A stretch of 64,000 bases of DNA. Source: Eledone cirrhosa. Lineage: Eukaryota. Both the position numbers and the translations under genes were made by a program. The DNA lies in the NCBI GenBank assembly GCA_964016885.1, contig OZ024741.1, forward strand, positions 355,632,001 through 355,696,000, read 5' to 3'. Below the pieces are notes generated by a model. It saw only the letters and a list, made by a program, of their open reading frames with translations, was not told the origin of the DNA and did not search any database. The stretch's first letter is position 1, and every line of letters begins with the position of its first letter. Shown here piece after piece: positions 26,901 to 39,140 of this stretch.

Positions 26901-28801
26901 AGGTGCATTCTTCATGGGGGAGGGATTTGGTGTTTACAACAGACACTCTGTCACGTCTTCTGGTAAGGATATAATCTACCTGGCTTGTGTGTTCCCCGGA
27001 TCTATAGGTGATCAGGTGATTGTCACGTTTTTTGAAGTTAGTGTTACAGATAGTTAGGTTATTTGCATCACAGAATTCCAGGATTCTGGAGCCTTCCTCA
27101 TTTCTAGTACCAAACCCACAGCCTCCATGGATTTCGTCGTAGCCGTCACAATGTTGTCCAACGTGACCATTTAGGTCGCCTGCAATAATTATATAGTCAC
27201 TGTCGGATATTTGGGAGGTAGTTAGCATCAGTCTCTCATAGAATCTGTCTTTTATAGCGCCGGGCAGTCCGGATTGGGGTGCGTACGCAGATATTACTGT
27301 CACCGTAGTTCTATTGAGGACAAGTCGTATTTTAATTATTCTGTCGTTCACTCTATTTACGTCTATTATCTTATCTGCCCACTTTTCCGCTACCATGATT
27401 CCTACTCCACCCAGCCCATCGTCGTTTCCCACCCAGAAAAGCTTATAACATCGTTTTTTACCCTCAATGAATCTAGCAGACCCACCCCTCCACCTGGTCT
27501 CTTGAATACAACAAACATCAACCTCCTTACGTTCAAGCATTTCTACAACCTCGTTAGCGCGACCCTTTAGGGTGCCTACATTTATGGTACCAACTCTGAA
27601 GTTTTGGATTGCGTTTGGGGGTTGGGGGCGGTGGGGGGCGGGGGGCGATGGGGTTATGTTAGCCGTCCGCGGTCGAAACAATGAGGAGTGCTCGTATTCT
27701 CGTCCAAGAGGTGAACTTGTCTTTATCTTTAGCATTGCTGCTGAGCGTCCAGATTTTTCTCTCTCTCTCCTCCACTTTCCAGGATTCCGCAGTCCATCCA
27801 TCCATCCATCCATCATATATCGAAAGGCAAGCGATAGTATAGGCCTCTGGCTTCTGATTGGTCCGCGTAATAATAATACTGGTGATGCGTGGGGGCTCTG
27901 GCTTATGATTGGTCCACGTAATAGCAATGGTGGTGCGTGGGGGAGGGGTGTTGGGTAGCTAGATAGAAGGTAATGATTGAATGGGGTCCTTGCATTTAAC
28001 AAGCGATTAACAAAAATACAAAGCTAGATAGAAGGTAATGATTGAATGGGGTCCTTGCATTTAACAAGCGATTAACAAAAATACAAAATTTGTTTTGTTC
28101 AATACGACCAAAAACTTTCGTATCTAACAATTAATGGATACAAAAAATGTAGATTGTTTTAGCGATAGATTGGTTATTTGGACTTGATACGAATATGGTT
28201 TGTGGAGGCAGAGATGAAGAGAAAAATATGTACATTACGTTACATGAATATCGTGGGGTAGACAGCAAAGCAATGGAATTTGGCGAAGTGAATTATATAT
28301 ATATATATATAGAGAGAGAGAGGGGGGGGGGGAATGTGGCTGCATGATGATTGACCGCCGTGCCCTCGGAGTAGAGCGGGTGGGGGTCGAGGCGAGGAAG
28401 CGGGATTTTCGAAAGAAGGAAGAAGGAAGAAGGACAATATTATATATAAACTGCATTACGGTGAAATGTTATGAAAAACGGAAAAGGAGAAAATTAGCGA
28501 TGGAAATATAAATATTATGATGCAAATATATGAGCGTTTATATAAGCGATGTGATATAGCTTATGACTAAGTGTTATGATATAACGGACGCTAACCAGAA
28601 GTGTAGACATTTGAAAATTTTAAAATAAGCTATACATTACTTATAAGAATATTTATGTTTAATCAACAGCTACGAAATTTAATAGATAAATTACATAATA
28701 TTCATTCATGATTTATTCAAAGTAATCCAACTTATTTTTAATGTGTTCAGAAAAAATATCCCTGTCACAGTCCCACAGTCCTCCAATCATTATATATTAG
28801 A
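23969..28801 (-). mobile_element. Non-autonomous Helitron-like element interrupted by the RTE at 24168-27650
   Basis: Minus-strand 5' TCTAATATATAA at about 28801 and hairpin+CTAG 3' end at 23969; same 3' end recurs at 41110-41230. Confidence 0.5.
24168..27650 (-). mobile_element. Near full-length RTE LINE with a single break near 26025
   Basis: EN part in ORF 26026-28002 and RT part in ORF 24565-25959; (ATG)n tail. Confidence 0.92.
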
Positions 28802-29046
28802 TATATATATATAAGGTATATTAGTATATCAGTTTCTGTTATTTCAATCGATGAATCTCAGTAACATTGAGGACTGTCTCAGTATACAGTTGCTTCTGAC
28901 TCAACATATGACTTTCTGCTCGAAGTTGTTCTTAGGGTGATCGTCCGAAGGTACTGCAATCAATAATCCATGGAGTAATTATAATTAGACAATAAGTTAC
29001 ACAAATACACCGTTCACTGTACAAGAAGGAAAGCATTTATTACATA

Positions 29047-30328
29047 TCATCATCATCATCATCGTCGTTTAACGTCCATCTTCCACGCTTACATAGGTTT
29101 GGACGGGAGTTTTCCCACTTGAGGCAAGATTTGTTGTCCTGCTCGTATAGGACTGTCTGGCGGGTTTTCTACGGCTGGATGCCCTTCCTAACACCAACCA
29201 CGTTTACAGTGTGGACTGGGAGGTTTTTACTGTGTTACCTACACGGCCACATTACAGCGTGGACTGTGTGTTTTTTTTGTTGTGACACCTACACGACCTC
29301 ATTTGTTTCGGACTGGATGTTGTGGTACCAACATAACTTTACATAGGAAGGGGTGGTGTGGATGGAGTGGGGGTAGTGGGACAGGGATGTATTTTGTTAG
29401 AGGTGCCTGCTGATTGTAGGTTTCGCTTTGTACTTAGGCAAGGCGGGTCTTCTGTATGACTGTGTAGCGCCAAAGATCTCGGTCCAGTGACATTGTCTTG
29501 GAGAGGTGTAAGTGTGTGAGGTCGGAATTTATCAAGTCATCCCAGGTTTTTCTGGGTCTGCCTACTCTGTGGCTACCGTCTATTTTTATCGCCCTGCACT
29601 TTTTTATACAGCTGTCGTCTTTCATGCGCATCACGTGGCCGTACCAACGTAGTCTTCTCTCGAGTAAACGACATCTGATCCCTCTTATTCCTAATTTCTC
29701 CCTTAGTTCGTTTATGCTTTGCCGTTCACGTATATTACTATTACACATCCAGCGGAGCATGCAAACTTCGTTTCTCTCCAGTCTGCGTATATCCTCTGCA
29801 CGCAATGCGCAGGTCTCACTGCCATGTAACATTGCTGTTCGTATGCAGGCATCATACAGCCTGCCTTTCATTTTTAGAGAGAACCCTTTAGTGGCCAATA
29901 GTGGTATAAGCTCTCTGAACTTTTTCCATCCCGGTCTGACTCTAGCTACTGTACGTTCAGAGCACCCTCCCCCACTGCTGATTTTGTCACCCAGGTAACG
30001 GAAGGTGTCCACTATTTCTATAGAACCATCTGTGCAATGGAATGAGCTAGTATTCTGTGGGCACTTGCTGCTACTTATTGCACCAGAGCACCGGCCACAT
30101 ATAAAATCTATATTCTTAGTTAGCTTACCTGTGATCCCACTACATCTTTTATGCACCCATACTTTGCATTTGGGACATAAAATGGAGTTTCTGCCTACTT
30201 CTTTCCTACACACTGAGCATGGCCATTTCCCAGATGGGACCGGTGCCCTATTTTCCTTCCTACAAAGTAGAACTTTAGTCTTAGACAAGTTAACTTTAAG
30301 GCCTTTTGATTCTAGGCCATGCTTCCAA
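29047..30328 (-). mobile_element. 5'-truncated RTE LINE
   Basis: ORF 29434-30333 encodes PHD-like finger, FRYLG and RTE C-terminus; 3' tail. Confidence 0.9.
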
Positions 30329-30335
30329 CACATAA

Positions 30336-30458
30336 TGTTTACATATGTTTCATTAATATGTGAAGTTAAGTCTAGAAAGCACTAATCCCGAGATGAAAGG
30401 AGGATAACTCGGATTCCATTATGGTAACTATATCTTCGCACATCAATTTCTCAAAACA
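30336..30458 (-). ncRNA. Hammerhead-like ribozyme, U3-A8 variant core, long stem II
   Basis: UGUU UUGAGAA [96 nt; outer 13 of 14 positions pair] GAAAC AUAU GUA AACA. Confidence 0.55.
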
Positions 30459-30602
30459 GAATAACTGGTTTGATAAATTGATGTGCGGAGCTATATTTAT
30501 TACTATGATTGCATCACATTAAAAATGAAAGTCTTCAGTTTATTGCAAATGTTCATAACTATCTGCCTACTAGTAAAACTTATTATAAACATTTTAATTG
30601 AC

Positions 30603-30603
<1 letters not shown>

Positions 30604-30634
<31 letters not shown>

Positions 30635-31140
30635 TTTACGTTCGCTTTTCCCTGCTTGCAAGGGTGGGACGGGTCTTATTCAGCACAGCATCTCTCCACT
30701 CGTTACGGTCCCTCGTCATTTCCACCGTGAGCTTCAATGATCTGAGGTCTGTTCTCACCACCTCTGCCCATGTTTTTTGTGGTCTACTTCTACCACGTCT
30801 TCCTTCAACTGGCAATTCCTGGCACTTCTTCACCCATCGGTCATCCTCCATGCGCATCACATGTCCATACCACCTCAGTCTCCTCTCCCGTACACTACAT
30901 TCTATCCCTCTCAGACACAGTTTCTCTCTCAACACATTTAAGCTGGATCGTTCACGCACATTTACACTGCACATCCAACGGAGCATGCTTGCCTCATTTC
31001 TCTCCAGCCGTCGCATGTCCTCTGCAGTTACTGCCCATGTCTCACTACCATGCAGCATCGCGCTCCTCACACAGGCATCATACAACCGGCCTTTCGTACG
31101 CAGGGAGAAACTCTTCTTCGTCAACAGAGGAAGCAGCTTG
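30604..31140 (-). mobile_element. 5'-truncated RTE LINE, divergent subfamily with short 3' UTR
   Basis: KGRLYDACVRSAMLHGSETW...RRLRWYGHV...GRSRPQKTW; (ATG)n tail. Confidence 0.88.
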
Positions 31141-31483
31141 TTTTTAGATATTTTCTGCTGAATCATTGCAGGATGTTCAGAGTTAAAGGTTTATTACACA
31201 TTTTTCTAAATTAATCAATTCTCTAACTAAAACAGTATTTGTTTCATTGAATGTCTTATTAAAATTAGGGTGATGAAGATTGTCTTTTAAATATAGGTTT
31301 CAGTTCTGAGATTTTTGGAAAATGGGATAAAGGGTACTGTAATTTTCGGAGAATTGTGTAAGGATTCCGTGACAAGTTTGAAAAATACTTGGTTATGGAA
31401 TTCTCACTTGCCATCATTAATCTCCATATTGTTAGGAAAACAATAACTAAATATTGTTAGACATTATTTTTATTTTTTACCAG

Positions 31484-31631
31484 TGCTAAAGCTGACTTAA
31501 AGAAAGAAACAGATCCTTTGAAGAAAATGGTTCTGGATGGCCGACAATTGGCTCTGAAAATCAGTGCCAATTCTGTGTATGGTTTCACCGGTGCTCAAGT
31601 TGGCAAGCTTCCATGTCTTGAAATTTCACAG
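31484..31631 (+). CDS. POLD1: POLD1 exon, polymerase motif B
   Basis: ccag|...CAG|gtatg; [49 protein letters not shown]. Confidence 0.96.
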
Positions 31632-31700
31632 GTATGTATATATGAAGCGAGTATTTAATAAGATATAAATGAGAATGATAATATTTGTCTTTGTGTACTG

Positions 31701-32370
31701 TGTATCAACAGAAGTCACCAGTGAAGTGAAGGTGGTTAGTAGTTATCATTAGAAGTAAGATAAAGTAATGTTGACGACAATTTGTAGTTCGTTATAACAG
31801 AATTTATTAACAATGTTTAAGGTGAGAAGAGCTGTATTAAGCTTGGTTGGTTGGCATGCCAAAATAAATGAACAAACAAATTAAGATCTGTAGAGAAGAC
31901 ACGGTCCAGTGGCTGAAGTGAGAAGCCAGGCCGCGGTAATGTTTCGTAGTTACATATTGGAATGATGTTTGTGGAGCGAAAGAAGGATAGGTGTTTATCT
32001 TACTGCAGTTCACTTGCTGGTTTACTTTTGATATAAAAGGTTTACTTCACTTCATAAATGAACAAAGAATAGGTTATTAAGAGTTATAACAGTTGAAGGT
32101 GTTTTTGACGTTGCTTCATGATGCTGGTGTAGTCTGAGACCAGGAGAGAGAGAGAGAGTAAAGGTCTGTAGACCTCAATAGGCTATTCTCTCGCGTACTG
32201 CTCTGATCTCTCTTGTTGCTTGGTCTCATACAGGCTATTTATACCTCTCGTTTTCTGTTTCCCGCCTCGAGGGATCGCCCATGCATGAATTTATTTACGC
32301 CGAAAAGGTGACCCGGAATTTGACCTTTCTGTGTCACCCAGGGTTCAAGGTGTGGACAGATTTCGCTACA
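31701..32370 (-). mobile_element. Candidate solo LTR
   Basis: Minus strand TG...TATAAATAG...AATAAA...CA organisation; no target-site duplication found. Confidence 0.35.
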
Positions 32371-32619
32371 TATGTGTTCAAGGTGTGGACAGATTTCGCT
32401 AACCCCCCCCCCCCCCCCCCCCTACTGTAAACGTGGTTGGTGTTAGGAAGGGCATCCAGCCGTAGAAAACCTGCCAGACAGTCCTATATGAGCGAGACAC
32501 GGTCTCCCGACCAATCTTGCCTCAAGTGGGACAATTCCCGTCTAAACCCATGCTAGCGTGGAAGATAGACATTAAACGATTATGATGATGATGATATATA
32601 CACACACCACACACACATA

Positions 32620-33120
32620 TTGTAATCCTATGTCATTGCCTTTGAGAGGGGTAATTGTGCAAAAGTACGCTTTTATCATAACTTGCATAAACTTTTTACT
32701 TTCTGCTTCCTTCCTTGTAAAGTATACTTGTTACCTCATTTGGTAAAGCTCTCTGCTACCCTCAATTTGCCATTCCTTTCATGCCTGTCTCTTGGTCTTA
32801 ATTGTTTCATCTACCCTACTATTCCACCAGCAAGTCACTCTCCTGACCTCCGCTCCATCAATATTTGGGGTCTTCAGTAGATTGTCTCTCAGAAACTCCC
32901 ACTGCTTCCTTATATTGTATGTCGCTATTTTTTCTTCTTTGTCAAAAGCGTGAAGTAAAATATCCTTAAATTTGTTACAGGCAGAAGGCTCCTTCAGTTT
33001 CCATATCATTCTCCTCCAGATTGATCTCTGTCTCTGAGTACATCTACCTCAAATTAGTAAGCATTGACCACTAGGTTATGCTGAGAGGTGCATGCCTCAC
33101 CTGGGAGGGACTTTGTGTTG
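32620..33120 (-). mobile_element. Old, internally deleted RTE fragment
   Basis: IWKLKEP...RRVTCWWNSRVDETIKTKRQA, homologous to the RTE linker region. Confidence 0.7.
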
Positions 33121-33186
33121 ATATATATACCTTGCATCGTTTTACTTATTGTAACTACAATTGTTGACATTTATTCCACTCTGCAG

Positions 33187-33282
33187 AGTGTCACAGCCTT
33201 TGGACGTAGGATGATAGAACTGACCAAACAATATGTAGAAGAAAAATATGTTACTGAAAATGGCTACAAGTACAAGGCTAAG
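33187..33282 (+). CDS. POLD1: POLD1 exon
   Basis: gcag|...AAG|gtaag; [32 protein letters not shown]. Confidence 0.96.
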
Positions 33283-33515
33283 GTAAGTTAAGGAGATTTT
33301 TAAGGTGTCCTCCACGTTACTATTGTTTTTATTTGATGACAGGAAGTGTATCCAACTGTAGAAACTGTGGTGAGAAAGCTATTCCACTTACCGCGAGTCT
33401 GCTGGGTCACTCCAAGCCGGGCATCAATCTTCGTCGTTATCATCAAGTCGCCAAGCTGCAGCTTAATCCGGTACATCTGTCTTGCTCCAAAGTCGCCCTG
33501 TCAGAATGCCTTACG

Positions 33516-33897
33516 GACGCCGCCTCGGAAACACATGGACGCAGCCTACAGGCCCGCCTCGAAAACACATGGACGCTGCCTACAGGCCCCGCCTCGGAAA
33601 CACATGGACGCAGCCTACAGGCCCCGCTTCGGAAATACATGGACGCTGCCTACAGGCCCTGCCTTGGAAACACATGGACGCAGCCTACAGGCCCCGCCTC
33701 GGAAACACATGGACGCAGCCTACAGGCCCCGCTTCGGAAATACATGGACGCTGCCTACAGGCCCTGCCTTGGAAACACATGGACGCAGCCTACAGGCCCC
33801 GCCTCGGTAACACATGGACGCAGCCTACAGGCCCCGCCTCGGTAACACATGGACGCAGCCTACAGGCCCCGCCTCGGAAACACATGGACGCTGCCTC
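33516..33897 (+). repeat. 35-bp GC-rich minisatellite, about 11 copies
   Basis: Unit cggaaacacatggacgcagcctacaggccccgcct. Confidence 0.95.
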
Positions 33898-35989
33898 AGA
33901 AACGCATCTCACCTCATTCCTCATCCGCCGCTGGTCAAGCGTCCACATCTGACGTCACCTCCTCCACACAGCCCCACAGAAACCATGCCAGAAAAAGGGT
34001 CAAGACAACTCCTCTGTTGAATCAAGGGCATGACAACCTCTCTAGCATTGGTGTTATGATAAAATTCACTCACTACATTCTGCAAATGGTTGGTGATAGG
34101 AGGGACATACAAACATAGAAACCTTGACAATCAAAGGATCAAGAGGACTCATCAGTTGTGTCAAAGACATGACAACCTCCCTAGTGCTGGTGTCACAATG
34201 AAACACCCAAAGTAGGGTACAGGAATATATGTTAGATCCACCCCTGACCTATCTGGAAGATTAGTGGCTCCGGTTGGGAACTGACTTGGTCCTCGACAAC
34301 TTGTCCAACCCTTGTTAGCAGGGAAAGCAGACAATAAATTATAATGATTCAGTGGCTTTTATTATTTCTATATTTTTAAACACATTCAATTTGAAAGGAA
34401 GGAGAAAGTCGATTAAATCAACCCCAGTTCGTTACTGGTATACTTTATTTCATTGATCCCTTTAGGATGAAAGGCATAGATAACCTCGACAGGATTTGAA
34501 CTCAGAACAATATTTACTTATAGATTCTGTAAATAAACTATTCTTGGCAAGACTCGTTTTAAATACAATACAAATATGACCAGCTAGTATTAATTAACAA
34601 TAACACTAACATAGATTTAGTGTTATTGTTAATTATGGTTGTGATTAACAGTGAAATATATATACTTGTTTGTAAGCTGAAAAATAGATGACAAAAAAAA
34701 AATCAATGATAAAATGGTCAATATTTTGCTGATTTTTCACCAACTTCAAAATTCTATGTAAATGAGGTGCTAAAATATTTTTGTTTTGGAGGTGAATGTT
34801 ACACCAGTTTCACTTTCAACATGAAATTTGTATTTCGTATTGTTTTTGACATGTATTGAATGAATATGGCTTTCAAAATGGTTTCAAATTGGTAATAAAA
34901 ATCATTACACAATGGAGTTGTGAAACACTTATAACACTTTAAATATCAAAATATTAAAACTTCAGGAGAATTTCAAGTTGCACCATCTAAACAAAATGTT
35001 TTGATACCTGCCTTGGCTTATAAATAAGGTTTAGATTTTTGCCTATTTCTCATCTTCGTTTAACGTCCATCTTACACGCTAGCATGGGTTAGATGATGAT
35101 GATGAAAATAAGGGGTCGTGTAATATACATGTATATATGGTACTTTCACTGCCCTAATTCTGATACTCAGGTTGCTGGTATTTAAAGGGCTAAACAATTT
35201 ATGAAATATATTCTTTGTATGCACAAAAGTCATATGAAATATATTACAAGTGACCCCCCCCCTCCCCCCAAAGTTTTTGAAATTTACAAAAATTACACAA
35301 TACAACAGCTTCTGTCTGACATCTGCTGCCCCCATACCAGTAATTAGAGCAAGTTGGTTGTTGTTTTACTGGAAGGGCTGGGGCATGGTTTTGAAGGATG
35401 TGTTTGAATTTAAATGGTTGGTGCCGTATGATTTTGTGGGTAGGGTTGATTGTAGGATTATGATTTGTGGATAGCATGGGTTTGGTTTAGATTTGTTTGT
35501 CTTTTAATTAAGGCATATATGGTCTTGTATACAAAAGGCAAACAGAAAAAACAAAGCAAATGGCACAGTACAATGAAGAATATATTATTAGTTTTACGCA
35601 TGAAGGGCGGTGAATTGGCAGTATCAGTAGAGGGTTGGACATGCTTTCCAGCATAGTTACGTCCCTTCAAGATCTGAGTTCAAATCCCGCCGAAGTTAAC
35701 TTTGCCTTTCATCCATACAGAGGTTGATAAAATAAAGTACCAGTAATGTACTGGGTAATTGCTGGCCTTGTGCCAAAAGTAGAAACAATTATTAGTTTTA
35801 CGCATGATTTAGTAAGAAAAGAGTCTTAACATTTTGGATGCTAGTCCTTCATCAGAAAATAGAATGAGAAATTATAGAAGAAATAGAAAGATAGAGGAGA
35901 CTGGGCAGTGGCAGAAACGAAAAACATTTTTTTGAGAAAAAACACGCCTATTCATGTCGTCTATGATATGTGTGTGCGTGTATGTATGT

Positions 35990-36281
35990 GTATGGTATTC
36001 GTAGGGTTACGTTCCTAGAGAACCCGCGAAGAGTGAAAAACTGCGAATATAGGACATGATCCATAAAAATGCCTATAAACGTCAAAACATAACGTAAAAT
36101 ATAGCCCAGCAAATACGGTATATTATTAATAATTTAGCGTTAAAAAGCGTGAAAAAAGCCATAATAAATTGCAGAAGATATTTACAATTCTGCGAATATG
36201 CAGTGGTTTCCATGAACAATTATTAGTTAGGTTCTAAGGAAAATTCTGCGAATAACCAGGACCACAAATGCTGGGGTTACA

Positions 36282-36286
<5 letters not shown>
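35990..36286. mobile_element. Tc1/pogo(Tigger)-like MITE
   Basis: End reads TA-CAGTGTAACCCC on the minus strand; repeated (C/T)GCGAA motifs; left end decayed. Confidence 0.4.
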
Positions 36287-36319
<33 letters not shown>

Positions 36320-36385
36320 ACAATGCATAGGAATGTCAATGGTGTATAAAGTTTCTTGTTTTCTATTTTTTTCATATACTCTAAG

Positions 36386-36523
36386 GTAATTTATGGTGAT
36401 ACAGATTCTGTGATGTGTAATTTTGGAGTTGAAACTGTTGCTGAAGCTATGGAACTTGGGAAGGAAGCAGCAGAATATATTTCCAGCAAATTTGTCAAAC
36501 CTATTAAATTGGAATTTGAAAAG
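36386..36523 (+). CDS. POLD1: POLD1 exon, catalytic motif C (YGDTDS)
   Basis: taag|...AAG|gtaag; [14 protein letters not shown]...PIKLEFEK. Confidence 0.96.
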
Positions 36524-36564
36524 GTAAGTTTAAAAAAAAATTCATATCATAATTAATACAGTCA

Positions 36565-39140
36565 GCCAACACTAAAACGGTAGTACTAGTACTGTAATAA
36601 AATATACCAAGCCCACACTGTAAAGTGGTAGTGCTGGTACTGTAATAAAATATACCAAGCCCACACTGTAAAGTGGTAGTGCTGGTACTGTAATAAAATA
36701 TACCAAGCCCACACTGTAAAGTGGTAGTGCTGGTACTGTAATAAAATATACCAAGCCCACACTGTAAAGTGGTAGTGCTAGTACTGTAATAAAATATACC
36801 AAGCTCACACTGTAAAGTGGTAGTGCTAGTACTGTAATAAAATATACCAAGCCCACACTGTAAAGTGGTAGTGCTGGTACTGTAATAAAATATACCAAGC
36901 CCACACTGTAAAGTGGTAGTGCTAGTACTGTAATAAAATATACCAAGCCCACACTGTAAAGTGGTAGTGCTAGTACTGTAATAAAATATACCAAGCCCAC
37001 ACTGTAAAGTGGTAGTGCTGGTACTGTAATAAAATATACCAAGCCTACACTGTAAAGTGGTAGTGCTGGTACTGTAATAAAATATACCAAGCCCACACTG
37101 TAAAGTGGTAGTGCTGGTACTGTAATAATATATACCAAGCCTACACTGTAAAGTGGTAGTGCTGGTACTGTAATAAAATATACCAAGCCCACACTGTAAA
37201 GTGGTAGTGCTGGTACTGTAATAAAATATACCAAGCCCACACTGTAAAGTGGTAGTGCTGGTACTGTAATAAAATATACCAAGCCCACACTGTAAAGTGG
37301 TAGTGCTGGTACTGTAATAAAATATACCAAGCCCACACTGTAAAGTGGTAGTGCTGGTACTGTAATAATATATACCAAGCCTACACTGTAAAGTGGTAGT
37401 GCTGGTACTGTAATAAAATATACCAAGCCCACACTGTAAAGTGGTAGTGCTGGTACTGTAATAAAATATACCAAGCCCACACTGTAAAGTGGTAGTGCTG
37501 GTACTGTAATAAAATATACCAAGCCCACACTGTAAAGTGGTAGTGCTGGTACTGTAATAAAATATACCAAGCCCACACTGTAAAGTGGTAGTGCTGGTAC
37601 TGTAATAAAATATACCAAGCCCACACTGTAAAGTGGTAGTGCTGGTACTGTAATAAAATATACCAAGCCCACACTGTAAAGTGGTAGTGCTGGTACTGTA
37701 ATAAAATATACCAAGCCCACACTGTAAAGTGGTAGTGCTGGTACTGTAATAAAATATACCAAGCCCACACTGTAAAGTGGTAGTGCTGGTACTGTAATAA
37801 AATATACCAAGCCCACACTGTAAAGTGGTAGTGCTGGTACTGTAATAAAATATACCAAGCCCACACTGTAAAGTGGTAGTGCTGGTACTGTAATAAAATA
37901 TACCAAGCCCACACTGTAAAGTGGTAGTGCTGGTACTGTAATAAAATATACCAAGCCCACACTGTAAAGTGGTAGTGCTGGTACTGTAATAAAATATACC
38001 AAGCCCACACTGTAAAGTGGTAGTGCTGGTACTGTAATAAAATATACCAAGCCCACACTGTAAAGTGGTAGTGCTGGTACTGTAATAAAATATACCAAGC
38101 CCACACTGTAAAGTGGTAGTGCTGGTACTGTAATAAAATATACCAAGCCCACACTGTAAAGTGGTAGTGCTGGTACTGTAATAATATATACCAAGCCTAC
38201 ACTGTAAAGTGGTAGTGCTGGTACTGTAATAAAATATACCAAGCCCACACTGTAAAGTGGTAGTGCTGGTACTGTAATAAAATATACCAAGCCCACACTG
38301 TAAAGTGGTAGTGCTGGTACTGTAATAAAATATACCAAGCCCACACTGTAAAGTGGTAGTGCTGGTACTGTAATAATATATACCAAGCCTACACTGTAAA
38401 GTGGTAGTGCTGGTACTGTAATAATATATACCAAGCCTACTCTGTAACATGGTAGTGCTGGTACTGTAATAAAATATACCAAGCCCACACTGTAAAGTGG
38501 TAGTGCTGGTACTGTAATAATATATACCAAGCCCACACTGTAAAGTGGTAGTGCTGGTACTGTAATAATATATACCAAGCCTACTCTGTAACATGGTAGT
38601 GCTGGTACTGTAATAAAATATACCAAGCCTACACTGTAAAGTGGTAGTGCTGGTACTGTAATAATATATACCAAGCCTACTCTGTAACATGGTAGTGCTG
38701 GTACTGTAATAAAATATACCAAGCCCACACTGTAAAGTGGTAGTGCTGGTACTGTAATAATATATACCAAGCCCACACTGTAAAGTGGTAGTGCTGGTAC
38801 TGTAATAATATATACCAAGCCCACACTGTAAAGTGGTAGTGCTGGTACTGTAATAATATATACCAAGCCCACACTGTAAAGTGGTAGTGCTGGTACTGTA
38901 ATAATATATACCAAGCCTACACTGTAACGTGGTAGTGCTGGTACTGTAATAATATATACCAAGCCCACACTGTAAAGTGGTAGTGCTGGTACTGTAATAA
39001 AATATACCAAGCCCACACTGTAAAGTGGTAGTGCTGGTACTGTAATAATATATACCAAGCCTACACTGTAACGTGGTAGTGCTGGTACTGTAATAATATA
39101 TACCAAGCCTACTCTGTAACATGGTAGTGCTAGTACCAGG
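36565..39140 (+). repeat. 48-bp minisatellite, about 53 copies
   Basis: Unit gcccacactgtaaagtggtagtgctggtactgtaataaaatataccaa. Confidence 0.98.

Noticed and set aside
27650-28002. N-terminal extension of the 658-aa RTE ORF as a novel domain
   Set aside because: It reads through flanking low-complexity, tandemly repeated Helitron-like DNA, and other copies lack it.
33333-34118. Overlapping ORFs across the 35-bp repeat
   Set aside because: Explained by a stop-free GC-rich tandem unit; no splice or homology support.
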